A stretch of 64,000 nt of DNA from Lobosporangium transversale (lineage: Eukaryota). Positions 38,723 to 54,761 of this stretch are shown piece by piece (within the stretch, counting starts at the first letter, position 1; every line of letters begins with the position of its first letter). Both the position numbers and the translations under genes were made by a program. The stretch is taken from positions 372,001 through 436,000 of the forward strand of contig NW_019029011.1 in NCBI RefSeq assembly GCF_002105155.1. Reading direction: 5' to 3'. The notes beneath the pieces were generated by a model. It worked only from the letters and a program-made list of their open reading frames with translations, was not told the DNA's origin and did no database searches.

Positions 38723-40959
38723 ATGGTCCAAGTTTCTAATCCTGTTTCCACATCCAATATTACCGCCATGCCAACTGTTGATCCTAATGCTTCACACGCT
38801 ACGGTCGCAAAGAGTTCTAGTCAGAGTAACCTCACTGGTGCCAATTCAAATGCTGGCAGTGGTGGTGTGCCCCCCAAGATCATTAACCCTACAAAGCAAG
38901 CTTTTACTCAGCAACAATCCCCCATTCATTCCTTCCCTGGTGGGATGAATACTGGCACAAAACCCGTTCCGGCTGCTGCTGGACCAAGCAGTAGTGGAGC
39001 TAGTCGAGGCAATGCGGGAACAGCCGGTCATACTTTACCCATAGCTGGGAACACTGTTGCTGTGGGTGGATCTAATAACACAGCTCGTACTAAGGCGAAG
39101 CAGCCCATGAGAACAACCAAGACAAGCCAAAAGCTGACATTGTTTCCTGAAGAAAAAGATGTACCAGTGTTGGAGGACGATGACGACTTTGACACCACAA
39201 CATACAACCAGATTGGCCAACTCTCTTCTGGAACGTAAGTCATTAGCTATCTCTGTTCTTTTTTTTTTTTAGTGTAGCCATCTGATCTTGTCGAAGTTTT
39301 GATGATAGGATCACTTTCCAAGTTGGCTGGGATCTTTTCTATCCTATGGCTCCTCTTGCAACTTGGTTTTAAAAAAAAAAAAAAAAAAAAAGATCACTGA
39401 ATTGATTATATCAACGGAATTTTTTCTATAATACAAAAACAGATCTAGGAATGAGGCCCACCGCATGAGCAAATTGGACAGACAAAAGCTTCCTAGAGTC
39501 ATTGCGTACTGTACAGCATCTTCCTATAGGATGGATGACCTTTTCAACTATCTTCAATCACGCAAAACGATGAATTTCTGTGCACCAAAGCGTTTCGATG
39601 AATGGTAAGTTGTTGTGTTCTCTTTGTTTTATTAGATATGCTTTTTTTAAAGAAAAATAAACATACTCTAGTTATTAACTTTATCGATTTCTTTGCTTCA
39701 TTTTGGTTCCAGCATCTACTCACCATTCTCGTACACAGCGTCTTCAAAACCGCCGACAACCGCTGATCTTTTGGGGTTGAACGAACCAAATGAGTCTCGT
39801 CTCTTGGAGCAGCAGCGCCTGAAGGAGTCAACCCCTGAGCTGTTCTTCTTTGATTATGGTGTTACTGTCATCTGGGGAATGTCAGAGCATGAGGAGTCAC
39901 GTCTATTACAGGAGATTTCCAAATTCGAAGAGGAGAAACTTGGTATGTGTATATCACAATCTCTTGGCAAGTTGGGGGCCAGTTATGACACTAACATCCG
40001 TCTATAATATTTATCTATGCCCTATTTGCAAACTGCAAGATGATGAGGATGTCGAGACTGAAGAGTTTTCATATTACTACAACTCTGAGTATCAGCCCAG
40101 GTATAGTTTTTGAAATACCAATTACGCTACATTAGGACAACCTATAGTTCATATTTTGCAACGTCAAAATATGACTGCTGATCCTTACCTATTTCGCTTT
40201 TTCAACCACTAGGATCTATAACGATGTAATTACGCTTAAAAGTGCAGGAAATTATATGGTCAAGCTGACCATCTCTCATGCTATTGCTCAATCGGTCAAA
40301 ATGACTCTATTTGAGGGGCTTATCGAGAATACTATCAACGCAACAAAGCATATTCCGCAGACAATGGCAGAGACGGGCAAGGTTCCAATGTCAAGGTACA
40401 GTGTAACAGCCACTGGAAGGCAGTAATACACATTTACAAAAGAAACGTATACTGAGGCTAGACACGTGTCGTATCAACACTTCTTGTGCCAATAGGACGG
40501 CTATTACTAAGAAGATCGGCCAGCTCTTCATTATGAGAATTAACGTAAACCTTGTCAGCAATATTCTGGACACGCCCGAGATTTTCTGGTCAGAGCCATC
40601 TTTTCAGCCACTTTATTCAGCCATTCGAGGTAAGAGCAATCGAAGGGAAATGAATGCTTTCCTGGTGACTAATGAATTGAATCGTATATTACAACATGTG
40701 ATAATGTTTTATTGCTGTTCTGGTCATCTCACTTTTAGGTTATCTGGAAATTAATCAGCGAGTTGAGTTGTTAAACCAGCGTACCACTGTGATCAGTGAT
40801 CTCTTGGACATGTTAAAAGAACATCTTAATTCTTCTCACGGTGAACAACTGGAATGGATTGTGATTGTTCTCATTTTCTTTGAAATCGTCATTGGAGTCA
40901 TTACCATCTGTTTGGATCTTTTCAGCTACACCAACCGTGAAGGAGGCCATTCATTATAA
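38723..40959 (+). CDS. RMD1: RMD1 / DUF155 family protein (7 exons)
   Basis: RTTKTSQKLTLFPE, RVIAYCTASSY, FFFDYGVTVIWG, QPRIYNDVITL, SHAIAQSVK, NILDTPEIFW, YLEINQRVELLNQR, and C-terminal TM LEWIVIVLI. Confidence 0.92.
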
Positions 40960-41330
40960 AAGCTAAAGTTTTGGAAGATGTGATGAAGAATCACTGCTCT
41001 ACATGGTTTATTCCAATAATCATGTACAGTTATGGTGTCGTCTTGAGGGAATAAAGACTTTGCTTGATATATTTAACCATTGTGTATTAAGTTGTAGGTT
41101 GACTATTTCCGCATGTTAGTATTCTTTCAAAGATCATCGTACTCTCACCTGGATATATGAAACCTGAGTTTGAGCTGAACCATTATCTGCTGCAACAGCT
41201 ATTTTGTGGAACAATGAATTCTTTCTGATTAATAGATTTACATTAATGCCTATACCCCACCATTGCATGATGGGAAGGTGTAAACAAAAAGGATCTTTAT
41301 TTAAACACTTCGATGCCTGTTGTTGTAGCT

Positions 41331-42356
41331 TTATGCGATACCAATCTCCTGTAGCATTTCTTTTTGTTTCTTCTTCTGCTCCTCCTTGTCCTGCTCGGTT
41401 GAATATAGATTAACGGACCCCAGCCATGTCTTAGTGTCGCCTCCATATGTTATTGTTCTCTCTTTATCAAAGCCATACTGAATGTATCTTTTCAAAGCCG
41501 CCGTTTGTATATAAGTGGACATAACAAAAACCCGTCGGAATCCCTGCTCTTTAGCACTCTCCAACAATGTCTGAATCAGCATCTTGGCAATACCCAATCG
41601 ACGATAATTAGGATCTACAGACAGCCGACGTAGTTCTGCATCCATCACTTCGTTGGGCTCTTTGAATGATTCTTCAGTCCCTCCTTGCGCCAGATGTTTC
41701 TTCTTCAAATAATCCGAATGGGCCCAGTTGTCATCCAAGGCAATACAGCCCATCACCAATTGTGGATGAGTTCTCAGACAGGCTACCCAGAACTGAGATC
41801 GATTTTTACGTCCCTTTGTAGCAAAGGACTGAGATTGGTAATAGCCTTGGATATCACCGAGGTCGTCATTGAAGCAGTTAGTGATGTATTCTTGTCCGAT
41901 TCCCAATGTCCATCGATAGATTCCCATCAATGTAATTAAGGTCACGACAATAGTCACTAGAGCCCAAATTAAAACGGTTGAAGGCTTTATGAACTGTAGG
42001 ATAATTCCCTGTGTAGATCCAGGTCTTGTCAGTGTCTCTGCCACGTCCTTTAGCCTACCAAACGAGAGCCTTGTAAAGGAGAACAATGATGATAATGGTG
42101 GTGATGATGGCGATGGTCCGCTGACGAAAGAATTATGTCTGGTATTGATAAAAGCGACCAAAGCAAGCTCAATCAAAGCTGTATAAATGAAGGACTTGAT
42201 CAAGATGGAAAGGATAGTGCTGCGATGCTTGGCCTTGGAGAGGAAAATTGGATAGTCGACCCAGTGGAAGCCCTTGAGAATGATGGGGACAACTTGTTCG
42301 TGATCCTCGGCCTTGTAGGGCCGGATCAATATTTCTGAATTGTCAATCATGATCAT
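41331..42356 (-). CDS. GNAT-family N-acetyltransferase with internal hydrophobic segments (NAT8/Camello-like), intronless
   Basis: 341-aa ORF with N-terminal IRPYKAEDHEQV and GNAT motif A ELRRLSVDPNYRRLGIAKML, plus AALKRYIQYGF. Confidence 0.85.
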   Translation of the reverse strand: MIMIDNSEILIRPYKAEDHEQVVPIILKGFHWVDYPIFLSKAKHRSTILSILIKSFIYTALIELALVAFINTRHNSFVSGPSPSSPPLSSLFSFTRLSFGRLKDVAETLTRPGSTQGIILQFIKPSTVLIWALVTIVVTLITLMGIYRWTLGIGQEYITNCFNDDLGDIQGYYQSQSFATKGRKNRSQFWVACLRTHPQLVMGCIALDDNWAHSDYLKKKHLAQGGTEESFKEPNEVMDAELRRLSVDPNYRRLGIAKMLIQTLLESAKEQGFRRVFVMSTYIQTAALKRYIQYGFDKERTITYGGDTKTWLGSVNLYSTEQDKEEQKKKQKEMLQEIGIA

Positions 42357-42762
42357 TGATTTTCCCTTCTTGTATACTGATATCGGATATGAGCTTGATT
42401 AAGAATGAAATGAAAACGAGAACAAGACAGAGAGGGTAGTTTTCCGCCAAAGAAATAATATGAGGTAATCGAGGGATGTGAGGAAGAGAGAAGTTCTGCC
42501 TTTTCATCCTGTATTTTTAATGGAAACGACTTGTTTCGTGGCTTAACATCATGATGCGTTCCGGATAACTGTTTTACATTTTATCAGCACTCGCACCCTC
42601 TTTGCGCGGCATGAGAAAACGACTATTTTTTGCCTTGATCTATCTCATTAAACATCATAGTGAGATTTCTACATACATCTATTATTTTATTGGTTTTTTT
42701 TTTTTTTTTTTTTTTTTTCTATGAATGTAATGGTATCATGATCACAAAAGAATGAAAACGAT

Positions 42763-44323
42763 TCAAAGGCTGTGCTTTGGCGCAACAACACTTGCTCGCT
42801 GCCGTCCCCCTCCATGAACGGGTGCTCCAGCCACTGTAGTGATTGAACTGACGTACGAGGCACGGGCAGAATATGGTTGTGAACTTTGATAGCCATTCTG
42901 AAGACCTGGAGGCATCTGATAAAGATGTGGGTGTTGTTGATTTTGTAATTGGTAGGATAGTTGTATTGGTTGTTGTGTTTGTTGAGGGTGGAGTGATGAC
43001 GGATACTGTTGTGGGGGCTGTAGCAGTTGCGTGTTATTGCCATTGTTGTATCCGTATTCTGGACCATACTGAGCCAAGCCTGAACCAACACCTTGATTTG
43101 ATACCATGCCCACAAGATTAGCATTAATCCCGTCAATCTTATCTTTCTTTATCATCTCAACCTGACTAAAGGATACCTTATCTGGCTTGGGCGAATGTGA
43201 AGGTAAGTTATTGACCATCTTTTCAAGCTTCTCATTTCTCTTAACGTATGCCTCAAGTCCGATGCCTGAAAAGACGACTCCGACCATGAGCCACTGACTA
43301 AAATTGAGGACATGACCGTAAGCGACGACGGAGAGCAAGATAGTGAAGAGCTTGCGAGTGACCGTGACTGTGACGAGGGACAAGGAGCCGAACTGCTCGA
43401 GGGTATAAAAGATAAAGCACTGTCCAAGTGCTCCACAGATGCAGAAGAGAGTGATATCCTTGGTGATGGCAGGGTGAGAATGGCAAAACGCCAGCGCATT
43501 GCTCAGCTCCGAGTTCAAGGGATTGAGGAGCCACAGGGCCATGAAGGCTGACATGAACAGGTTCATGAAGCACATCATCTGTTGCCCAGTAACCTTGAAT
43601 GTATGAAAGATTTGATCCTGAGTAGAGTTGGTAACGCCATCAATCGCCAGGTTGATAATAACGAGGAGTATGCCATACAATGAGCTGTTGACTGCGCCCT
43701 TCTTTTTATGTTCGTCAAACGGCGCCAGTAACATAAATCCGGAGACACCGATTGTGATTAAGGCTACACAGACATACTTGTAGGTTGGAAATTTGCGTCG
43801 ATACAGTATAATGTTCATGAGCATGACTGGTACGAGTTTACATGACTTTGTGAGTATCATGGTTGGATAATCGATGTGTTTCAGGGCTGCATAGGAAAAA
43901 GGCGAAGCAATGGCGTTGAAGAAGGCGACTTGAAAATATTTCCCTAAAAGCATCCTAGAAGGTGTTTCCAATGGTTTTCCTTGTAGCTTGAGATAGAAGA
44001 AGGCAGTTGCGGATGCAGTGATGGCCTGAACCATGTTGAGGAAGATGAAGAACTTGAACTTTGCATTCTCTTCGCCATAGGGTGTTGTAGAGACCTTTTC
44101 CTGGAAGAAACCCCACGTTAGAAAGCATGTATAAATGCTACAGCATTAGAGAGAAGAACAAAGGGAAGAATAAGCATTTGTTTATTTTTTTAATTTTTTT
44201 TTTTATCCTCTTGAGATATTCCTGAACACCCAAGCATGATCGTCCAAGGTATTGTCATCCTGATCGCTCTAGTGTTTAAATATTTGAATCTTCCAATTGC
44301 TTGTCTTTGTTGGTACTATTTCC

Positions 44324-44354
<31 letters not shown>

Positions 44355-44468
44355 TGAAGGGACTGGTCCTGACTATAATAAACTGTCCATGAATTCCAGA
44401 TCCAAAGTGTTTTATTATTATTTGAGACGACAGTTTTACCCAACAACACAAATGGCTAGCTTTAGCAT
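42763..44468 (-). CDS. HUT1: UAA-family nucleotide-sugar transporter (HUT1/SLC35B1-like), 2 exons
   Basis: The 29-nt exon MLKLAICVVG splices to IYTCFLTWGFFQEK. Motifs ALKHIDYPTMILTKSCKLVPVM, DGVTNSTQD and FGSLSLVTVTVTRKLFTILLSV. Confidence 0.92.
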
Positions 44469-44784
44469 TCTTTGATGATGCTTCTACCCTGTGGGCAAGA
44501 GGAAAAGGAAGGGGACAGAACAGGACAGTAAAAAAAAAAAAGAAAAAAAAAAAAAGAAATAAACAATCGAGGGTCAAGGAAGGCGGGCTTCTTGCACGGG
44601 GACTAACTTGACTTGGACTTGTAATATGTAAGAAAAAGGAAGTAGATGGATGAGAGACTGAGAGGAAGGAAAGAAAGAAAGAAAGAAAGAAAGAAAGAGA
44701 GAATGTGTGCAAGGAGAGAGAAAGAGAGAAGATGGGTAAATGGATGGAATGAAGCAGGTCAATGATGCTGATGAGGCGAGCTTG

Positions 44785-44816
<32 letters not shown>

Positions 44817-45566
44817 CGTTCACTTGAATCTGTTTTTTTGCTCTTCTATTTAAACCCTGTCGAATCAGATTCAGGCACAGGCTCACCATGGATCGATGGT
44901 AATGCTGTTTTCCAGTCCGCTTGTCTCTCTCTGATCCCATATTGCTCTTCTAGACTTAAAGACTATCGAGTCTGTCTTCGAGGGCATTCTTTCTTTGAGA
45001 TGTGTTTTATTTTTATTGACCTTCATTTGATTGATGTGGGGATGTACATGTGTATTGTCCACAGACTCAAAAAAAAGGGGCCCAACTCGATGGATTTACA
45101 CATGGAAGCGAAGCTAGAAGCATAACTGTTCAAACGATTGGTCCTCAATCCACTTCGATCTGTGCAATGGCAATGGTGTGATTCAACAAATTAAATGTTA
45201 TTTGTTTATTACAATAATATAATTGGCTGGGCTATGCTTTTTGAATAATTGGTGGCGTACAAGTCATTTCCATTTCATTCCACTCATCCAATGACTCTCA
45301 CCATTGCGCGGTAGTTTACAATCACTCTTTCATTCGTCTTTCTTTCTTTCTCTCTCTTTCTTTCACTCTCACTCTCTCTCACTCACTCTCACTCACTCTC
45401 ACTCTCTCTCACTCTTTTTTTTTTTTTTTTTTTTTTTTTTTGCACATCTTATTCTTCCTTCCTGTCTCATTTACTTTTATTTTGTCCAAAAGCTTATCTT
45501 TGTTCTGTGTGATTACAGCCACTGTCATTAGGAATTTTGTGAACAAAGCATTCTTCACGCTTGCTC

Positions 45567-45917
45567 ATGAAAGACACCATCAACTTTTACCGCCAAGATC
45601 AGGCATATGGGGAGTTCTCCAATTTTTACTTTGCTCCCATCGTCTTTCGAGGCATCGAATGGCCAACTACAGAACATTACTTCCAAGCACAAAAGTTTGC
45701 TCATCTGGAGGACAAGAAATGTGTAGAGATGATTCGGATGGCTGATACTCCAGGCAATGCTGCAAAAATGGGCAGGAACAGAGCATGGCCGCTGAGACCA
45801 GATTGGGAAGAGATCAAGGACGATATTATGCGAGAATGTGTGTTACAGAAATTTTTGCAACATCCAAACTTGGCGGAAGTCCTTCTCGGAACAGGCACTC
45901 GTTATCTCAATGGTATC

Positions 45918-45953
<36 letters not shown>

Positions 45954-46187
45954 GAGCTAACGGATTCAGCGGATCGAAACTGATAAATCTTTTTTCACGT
46001 ATTACCACAATATTATTATGAGATAGAGCATACACGAAATGACCGTTACTGGGCTGATGGAGGAGATGGCAAGGGTAAGAACATGTTAGGCATTGTGCTT
46101 ATGGAGGTCAGGGAGAAAATCTCAAAGATGACACCTGAGCAAATCCAGGAAGAGATTAACCTTGCGCGTGCTGTGCCTGGAGAATAA
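45567..46187 (+). CDS. NADAR (DUF1768/COG3236, YbiA-like) N-glycosidase, 168 aa, 2 exons
   Basis: FSNF, PTTEHYFQAQKF, AAKMGR..LRPDWE..K..IM, KF.QH and EHTRNDRYWADGGDGKGKNMLG..LMEVRE. Intron 45913-46026 restores the frame. Confidence 0.93.
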
Positions 46188-46520
46188 TCTGAATCAAGTA
46201 ATGTTCTATCTACTAGTTTTTTTTTTTTTTTTTTTTTGATAATAAACCTGTGTCCTGTCCAACACCAACAAGAGTCACACACGTTGCGAAGGAAAGAGCT
46301 TTTGCAGTTCAATGCAACAGCTGTAAAGGCTCAATTAAACAAAGAAACATTCCAGTGTTGAGCAAAATGGCGGTTGTGGAAGCTGTGGAAAAAGTGAACT
46401 AGTAAAATGTAACTTCTCTGTCTCTCCCTTTTTTTTTTTTTTTTTTTTTTTTTTTGTGCCCATCTTTACTTTCATCATCTCATTCTTTTCCTTTGCTCAT
46501 TTAAATTGATCTCATCCATC

Positions 46521-47440
46521 ATGTCTGACACGGTTGACTCTGCTGCAGCAATTCAATCAACCGAACGTACAATTAAAGCTAAAGCAACGATCGACAAACA
46601 CCAGTCGATTCTTTTCCGGATTAAGCTTCAGGATGCGGCTGGGAAACATGTACCCGTCTTTGAAGTGGCTAATAAGACGATCGGGTTCCTTTGCAGTAAG
46701 GATGCTTGGAGCTTAATGCTTGTAATGTTTTATAGCGGCCATTAGTTTGTTTTCAAAGATTAGATAAAAAAAAAAAAAAAAACATTAATATTATTACTGA
46801 TTGCAACTGTTATTATTATTATTGCCAGGTGCTGGCCGTTACGCTGTCTGTCAAGAACTTTCAGTTGTATGGGAAAGAAAGGAACTTTGGCTGTGTTGAT
46901 TTTATTTTGACATGTCCAATTTAATTTTATTTCATTTAACCATCTATTTATTTCAATATATGCGTTTGGTAGATTGTTGATCGGTTTTTAGAAGCAAACC
47001 CAAGCTTTACAATCATTTATATTTCACTGGATAGTTCAGAGGCAGCGTTCAACACAACATTACAGACCCATCCACGTTGGTTGGCGATCCCCTACAATGA
47101 TCCGGTCAGAATCGACATCTTGACAGAGTGGCAGACACAAGGTGTACCTTGCTTGCATATTTACGACCCTGTTGAGCATGAGATCTTGACCAGCTGGGGA
47201 GGGTCCTGTTTACGATTCAACTTTGACCATTGTATGGAGGACTGGAAGCAAGGGTACCAAGGTGTCACATATTGGCAAATACTCAAGGGCTGGTGGTACT
47301 ATAATGCTCCAACAGGCGTGTTTAAAGACATGACGGACGAAGAGTTGGCTGTAAAGGGATTCCCATCATCAGCAAGCCCGAGTTCAAACAGTGGGGACAA
47401 TATTAGTCAAGATCGCGTAGAGTCCAAGAAGGACAAGTAA
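46521..47440 (+). CDS. Nucleoredoxin/tryparedoxin-like thioredoxin-fold protein without CxxC (3 exons)
   Basis: Exons 46521-46695, 46829-46866 and 46973-47440 are in frame. IIYISLD..EAAF, WLAIPYND and GVPCL match the nucleoredoxin-type layout. Confidence 0.75.
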
Positions 47441-48340
47441 AAACGATTGCATGTGTAGAAAATTTGTATGTGTGAAGGTATAAAGAATACCCCATGTGTT
47501 GAATTGCTGATGTTCACCGGACCCTGTTCGGATACAAAGAAAGAAGAGGATGGGACAACCAGGGGACCCCGACCAAGATCAGGTTTTTTTTTTTCTTTTT
47601 CCGCATTGTACTTTTCTACTTTTTTTTTTTTTTTGTTCAGCTCAAAGGGAAGGGGGGAGGGGGTCCCCAGGAAGAATGGACCTCTTTTATTGTTGTTCTT
47701 GAGTAACCCGAGGACGTGGATTGTGCGTATGTTTTGAATGAGTTGAAATGAATCAAAGATCTGTAACATCAGCTTTCTCATTGTCCATTCGCCTCTTGGT
47801 TGGTCCCTTCCTTCTCGCCTTTTTCTTTTTTCTCTCCACTCGACCTAATTTTCCTTCCTTGGGCCTGCTTTCTTTTCTTCCTTCTCTCTTTTTCTCATTT
47901 GTTCTTTCTTCTTTTCCTTTCTTCCTTCGCCTTCTCCCTACTCCTGTTGCCTCTCAACCCAACTGGTATCCCTATCGATCTCCAGGTAAAAAAAACTTTT
48001 ACTTAGCTTGCTCTAGATGGCTCTCACTCGTATGCTCAATGACTAGTATCTGCTATACCAGTAAGTAACCTCCGAGGAATATAATTATTCCCAGGAAGGC
48101 ACCGTATTTCGCCTCCTATGCTATCACATGAAGCGCTTCTACAATGAATACCTTAAAAGGGAAACCATTTGTAGGAAAACCAGGGGTTGGGAATACAGAG
48201 AATAAGATGGATACTGGTGCCTGTCAATGTCAATGTTGTCTAATGAAAGTGGAGTTGTGGAAACAAATAGAGCATTGTGCGTATTTTTTTTTTGTTAAAG
48301 TTCCGCAGGCAGGAAAAAAATAAAATAGAAAACGTTTCTT

Positions 48341-48374
<34 letters not shown>

Positions 48375-48629
48375 CTTCTCTTTCTGTTTCGTTCTCTCTT
48401 GTTCAATTACTCTTTTGCTTACTCTCCTTTCTCTCTCCTTCTTTTGGTTCGCCGATTATCATTCAGGAATTAGAGCTGGACATCCAATCATTCAGTTTAC
48501 TCGTCAACAACCGCTTATCATTTTTTTTTTCTTTTTTCTTTTTCTCTTATAATAATTCTTGTTTTGCTTGGCCCAACTTCCTCATCGGTTATAAAGTAGA
48601 ATATAAAAACACACAATCAGCATCACATC

Positions 48630-51811
<3,182 letters not shown>

Positions 51812-52119
51812 TCTCTGTTACTGTGCAAGCCTTGTGCAAATCAAACAAAATCAGACAAAAATTTTTGACCCACACGATAAAAAAAAAAAAAAAAAAAAAA
51901 AAGAGAGAGAATGAGAGAGACAGAATGGAAGAACAAAGGAAGAGAGCGAGCGGTAGAGACAGCGGCAAGATTGACTAGATGTAAAGGCACGAAAACCGAG
52001 ATGCATTGATGCTTAATAAACTATATGGACCTCTCTAACTCTGTGATAATAAAAGACTATTTATTTTTATATTTATTTTTTATACTTTGTTTTTCTTTTC
52101 TTTTCTTTCTTTTTTTTTC

Positions 52120-54190
52120 CTATTCGGTCTTGACGAACTTGGATCGCTTCTTGGGCAAGATGATGGAGAGGACAATGTCTAATGCCAAGAAGCCTGCCAT
52201 GATGTAGATACCCAAGTACTCAATATGCTTGATTGCCGTCAATGATTTATCCATCTGCAAGAGATCAAAGGGTACAGCTGCAAAGTATAGGGCACTGGTG
52301 GTAAGCAACCAGGTGATTAAGCCCCAACCAGCCTTTAGAACTGCATGGATCACTCCGGTCTTTCGAGCAATGAATGCACTGATGGGTCGACCAAACCGAG
52401 CAGCCAAACGACGTTCGGTCTCCATGTCCAGAAACTCGAGTCCGAAGCAAAAGAAATAGCCAACATGGGTTCCATGCCAGACCGCCAAGAAGAGCAAGAC
52501 CCCAAGGGCGGATAGATTCTTATTACCCAGGAATCGAAGACGTTTGAAGACATAAAGCTTGGCCCAGTAATTGGTGTTCATGTTGAACGAGCTGATGATC
52601 TGTGCCAATGATGTCGCGAATTCATAATTGATCGGGTTTACATTCCTCAAACCATCCCATTCAGGGTGACCTTCGGCATCATAGCCGTTGAATGTAATAC
52701 CAGAGAGAACACAGGGTCCTTCGCCAATTGTCCAGATACCAAGGTACTATTGCAGGTGGATAAAGAAAAGAGAGTAAAAAAACAAAAAAAAAACAAAAAA
52801 AAAAAAAGATTAGAAAAGTGTTATCAAATCGATTGTTCATTGGATATGATTTTTAACAATAACACGAAGACAAGGTTGATTGTGCCCCTGGAAAAAAAGG
52901 AAATACACATGCACGCATGAAAGAAAAAAAAAATTCCACATGCAAAAAGAAGTGTATCGTTGCAACTGTTGCATAAATGCTTCTGATTGCCCCTCACAAG
53001 GACACAAAAGGGCTCGTGCCAACTTTGTTCGCTTTGTCCTTTGTGGTTTTTTTTTTTTTTTTTTTTTTTTTTTGATTCATCCGCGGAGGAATGGGTTTTC
53101 TTCAATCATCATTCACACTATTCACGTTGTATACCTTGTTTAGAACAGTCTTGCCAGTCCACCAAAAGATGAACAATCTCTCCCAGAAAGGACGCTCCGC
53201 AAAGGTTTTAGTGAGTAGACCAAGAGTAGGGAAATAGCTTCCAAGGACTTGACCCAATCCCAAATAAAAGATACCCAACAGAAAACAGCGTGTCGCGTAA
53301 CGTAAGGAACCTTGAGGGATACCATTGGCAGTGATGGCGGCAGCATCTTCACGGGCGGCTTCTTGTCCTGCACTCGCGGGCACGGGCACGCTAAAGAGCT
53401 GCATCGTGATGAATTTCTTGTAAAGTGAGAACGAGAACTGGGGTCCCACCAAGAACGCAAAAGGGAAAAAGGCATAAGCGATGGTTTCGGCCAAAGAAGG
53501 CAACTGAGTCAATGCAATATCACGCCCAAAGGAGATCGGCGTCTTTTCTCGGACAGGCACAGGATTGTCTGGTAATGCCTTAGCTTGGAATGTATTTGCT
53601 TCCTTCTTTTCTTTTTCCTGTTGCTGATCCTTGGAAGTTAGTGTAGGCTTGATCTTCTTGGACTGTCCATCCATGAAATCCATACCATAGCCAATCATGC
53701 GCAGGCATTGAACACATTGTTGCATTGTGTAGCAGATGTCATACTCCTCTGTGGCTGAATAGCGGTATGACAATAACAAGTATCCAAAGTTGAACACAAA
53801 TGAAACAGAAGATGCCAAAGTCCTATTTTTAGGAGCAATCGCACCCAAGATTCGACAGATGAGCCAAGTGCCAATGCAAGTCGTCAACGGATGCACAATG
53901 TCATACGAATTGAAATAATACGACATTGACAACCCTGTCAGAAGGAAGAAAGTGTTGCGAACTGATTCCCCAATGATGGACGATGTTTTGTTAAGAAAAA
54001 TGAGTCGGTAAACGATCGAGATTGGGTAACCAGCCAAGATCGTCAACAACAATCGGAGCGAGGGCTCGGGAATGCCAGAAGCATCACTAATCGACTGTGT
54101 CAGACCATAGTCTAGAAATGGCGCCAGTTCCCGAGGTGCGAACCATTGGGGAAGGTATTCCTGGTGGAGCTTATGGATAAACGTGTCCAT
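52120..54190 (-). CDS. MBOAT lysophospholipid acyltransferase (ALE1/LPCAT3-like), 2 exons
   Basis: FLVGPQF, KYLGIWTIGEG, WDGLRNV, FNMNTNYW..YVFKRL and the catalytic FLAVWHG. Confidence 0.9.
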
Positions 54191-54761
54191 ATTTTAGGGG
54201 AGAATGGAAGAGGACTAAGGGTACAAAGAAAAGAAAAAAAAAAAAAAAAAAAAAAAAAAAAGAAAGAAAGAAGAGAAAAGAAAAGAAAAGAAAAAACTAC
54301 GTAGGAAATAGAGATGGGGACACAGGCCCCATGCAACGTCAACTTTGATATAATCATGCATTTTTGCTTATCAATTCCATTCTACCAATTTTTATGACTG
54401 TGGATGCAGAAATAACTATGTTGTGATGGGAACACTATGAAACCTGACGAGTAAAATCCTAAACATCTAATAGCACAGCTCCTGCCTTCATCAGCCTTTC
54501 ATCGCACGGCTGGGGGGGGGTATCTTCGCGAATCACGCGCTCAGAACAAACAATCGCCTGCACTGTTTCTGTAGCTGCAAGACGTGACCCTTGTACAGAA
54601 CAACTCAAAAGAAAGAAAGAACAAACGGAAAGGAAAAAAAGAAAAAAGAAAAAAGAAAAAAGAACACAGAAAAGCAATGGCCTCTGTAGCATTTATGGAT
54701 AAATCCTGCAAACAGTTGTTGTGCAATTTGTGAGTACACTTGTGGCCTGGCATGTCTGCGT

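Noticed and set aside
45913..46026. U12-type intron in the NADAR gene (GTATCC donor)
   Set aside because: The donor continues AAA rather than TT, and no TCCTTAAC branch site is present.
20339..46187. DNA-repair gene cluster (MSH6, ligase I, NADAR)
   Set aside because: The genes are 7-10 kb apart, interspersed with unrelated genes, and share no convincing regulatory motif.
46829..46866. Selenocysteine at the thioredoxin active site
   Set aside because: The codon is TAC (Tyr) and there is no in-frame TGA.
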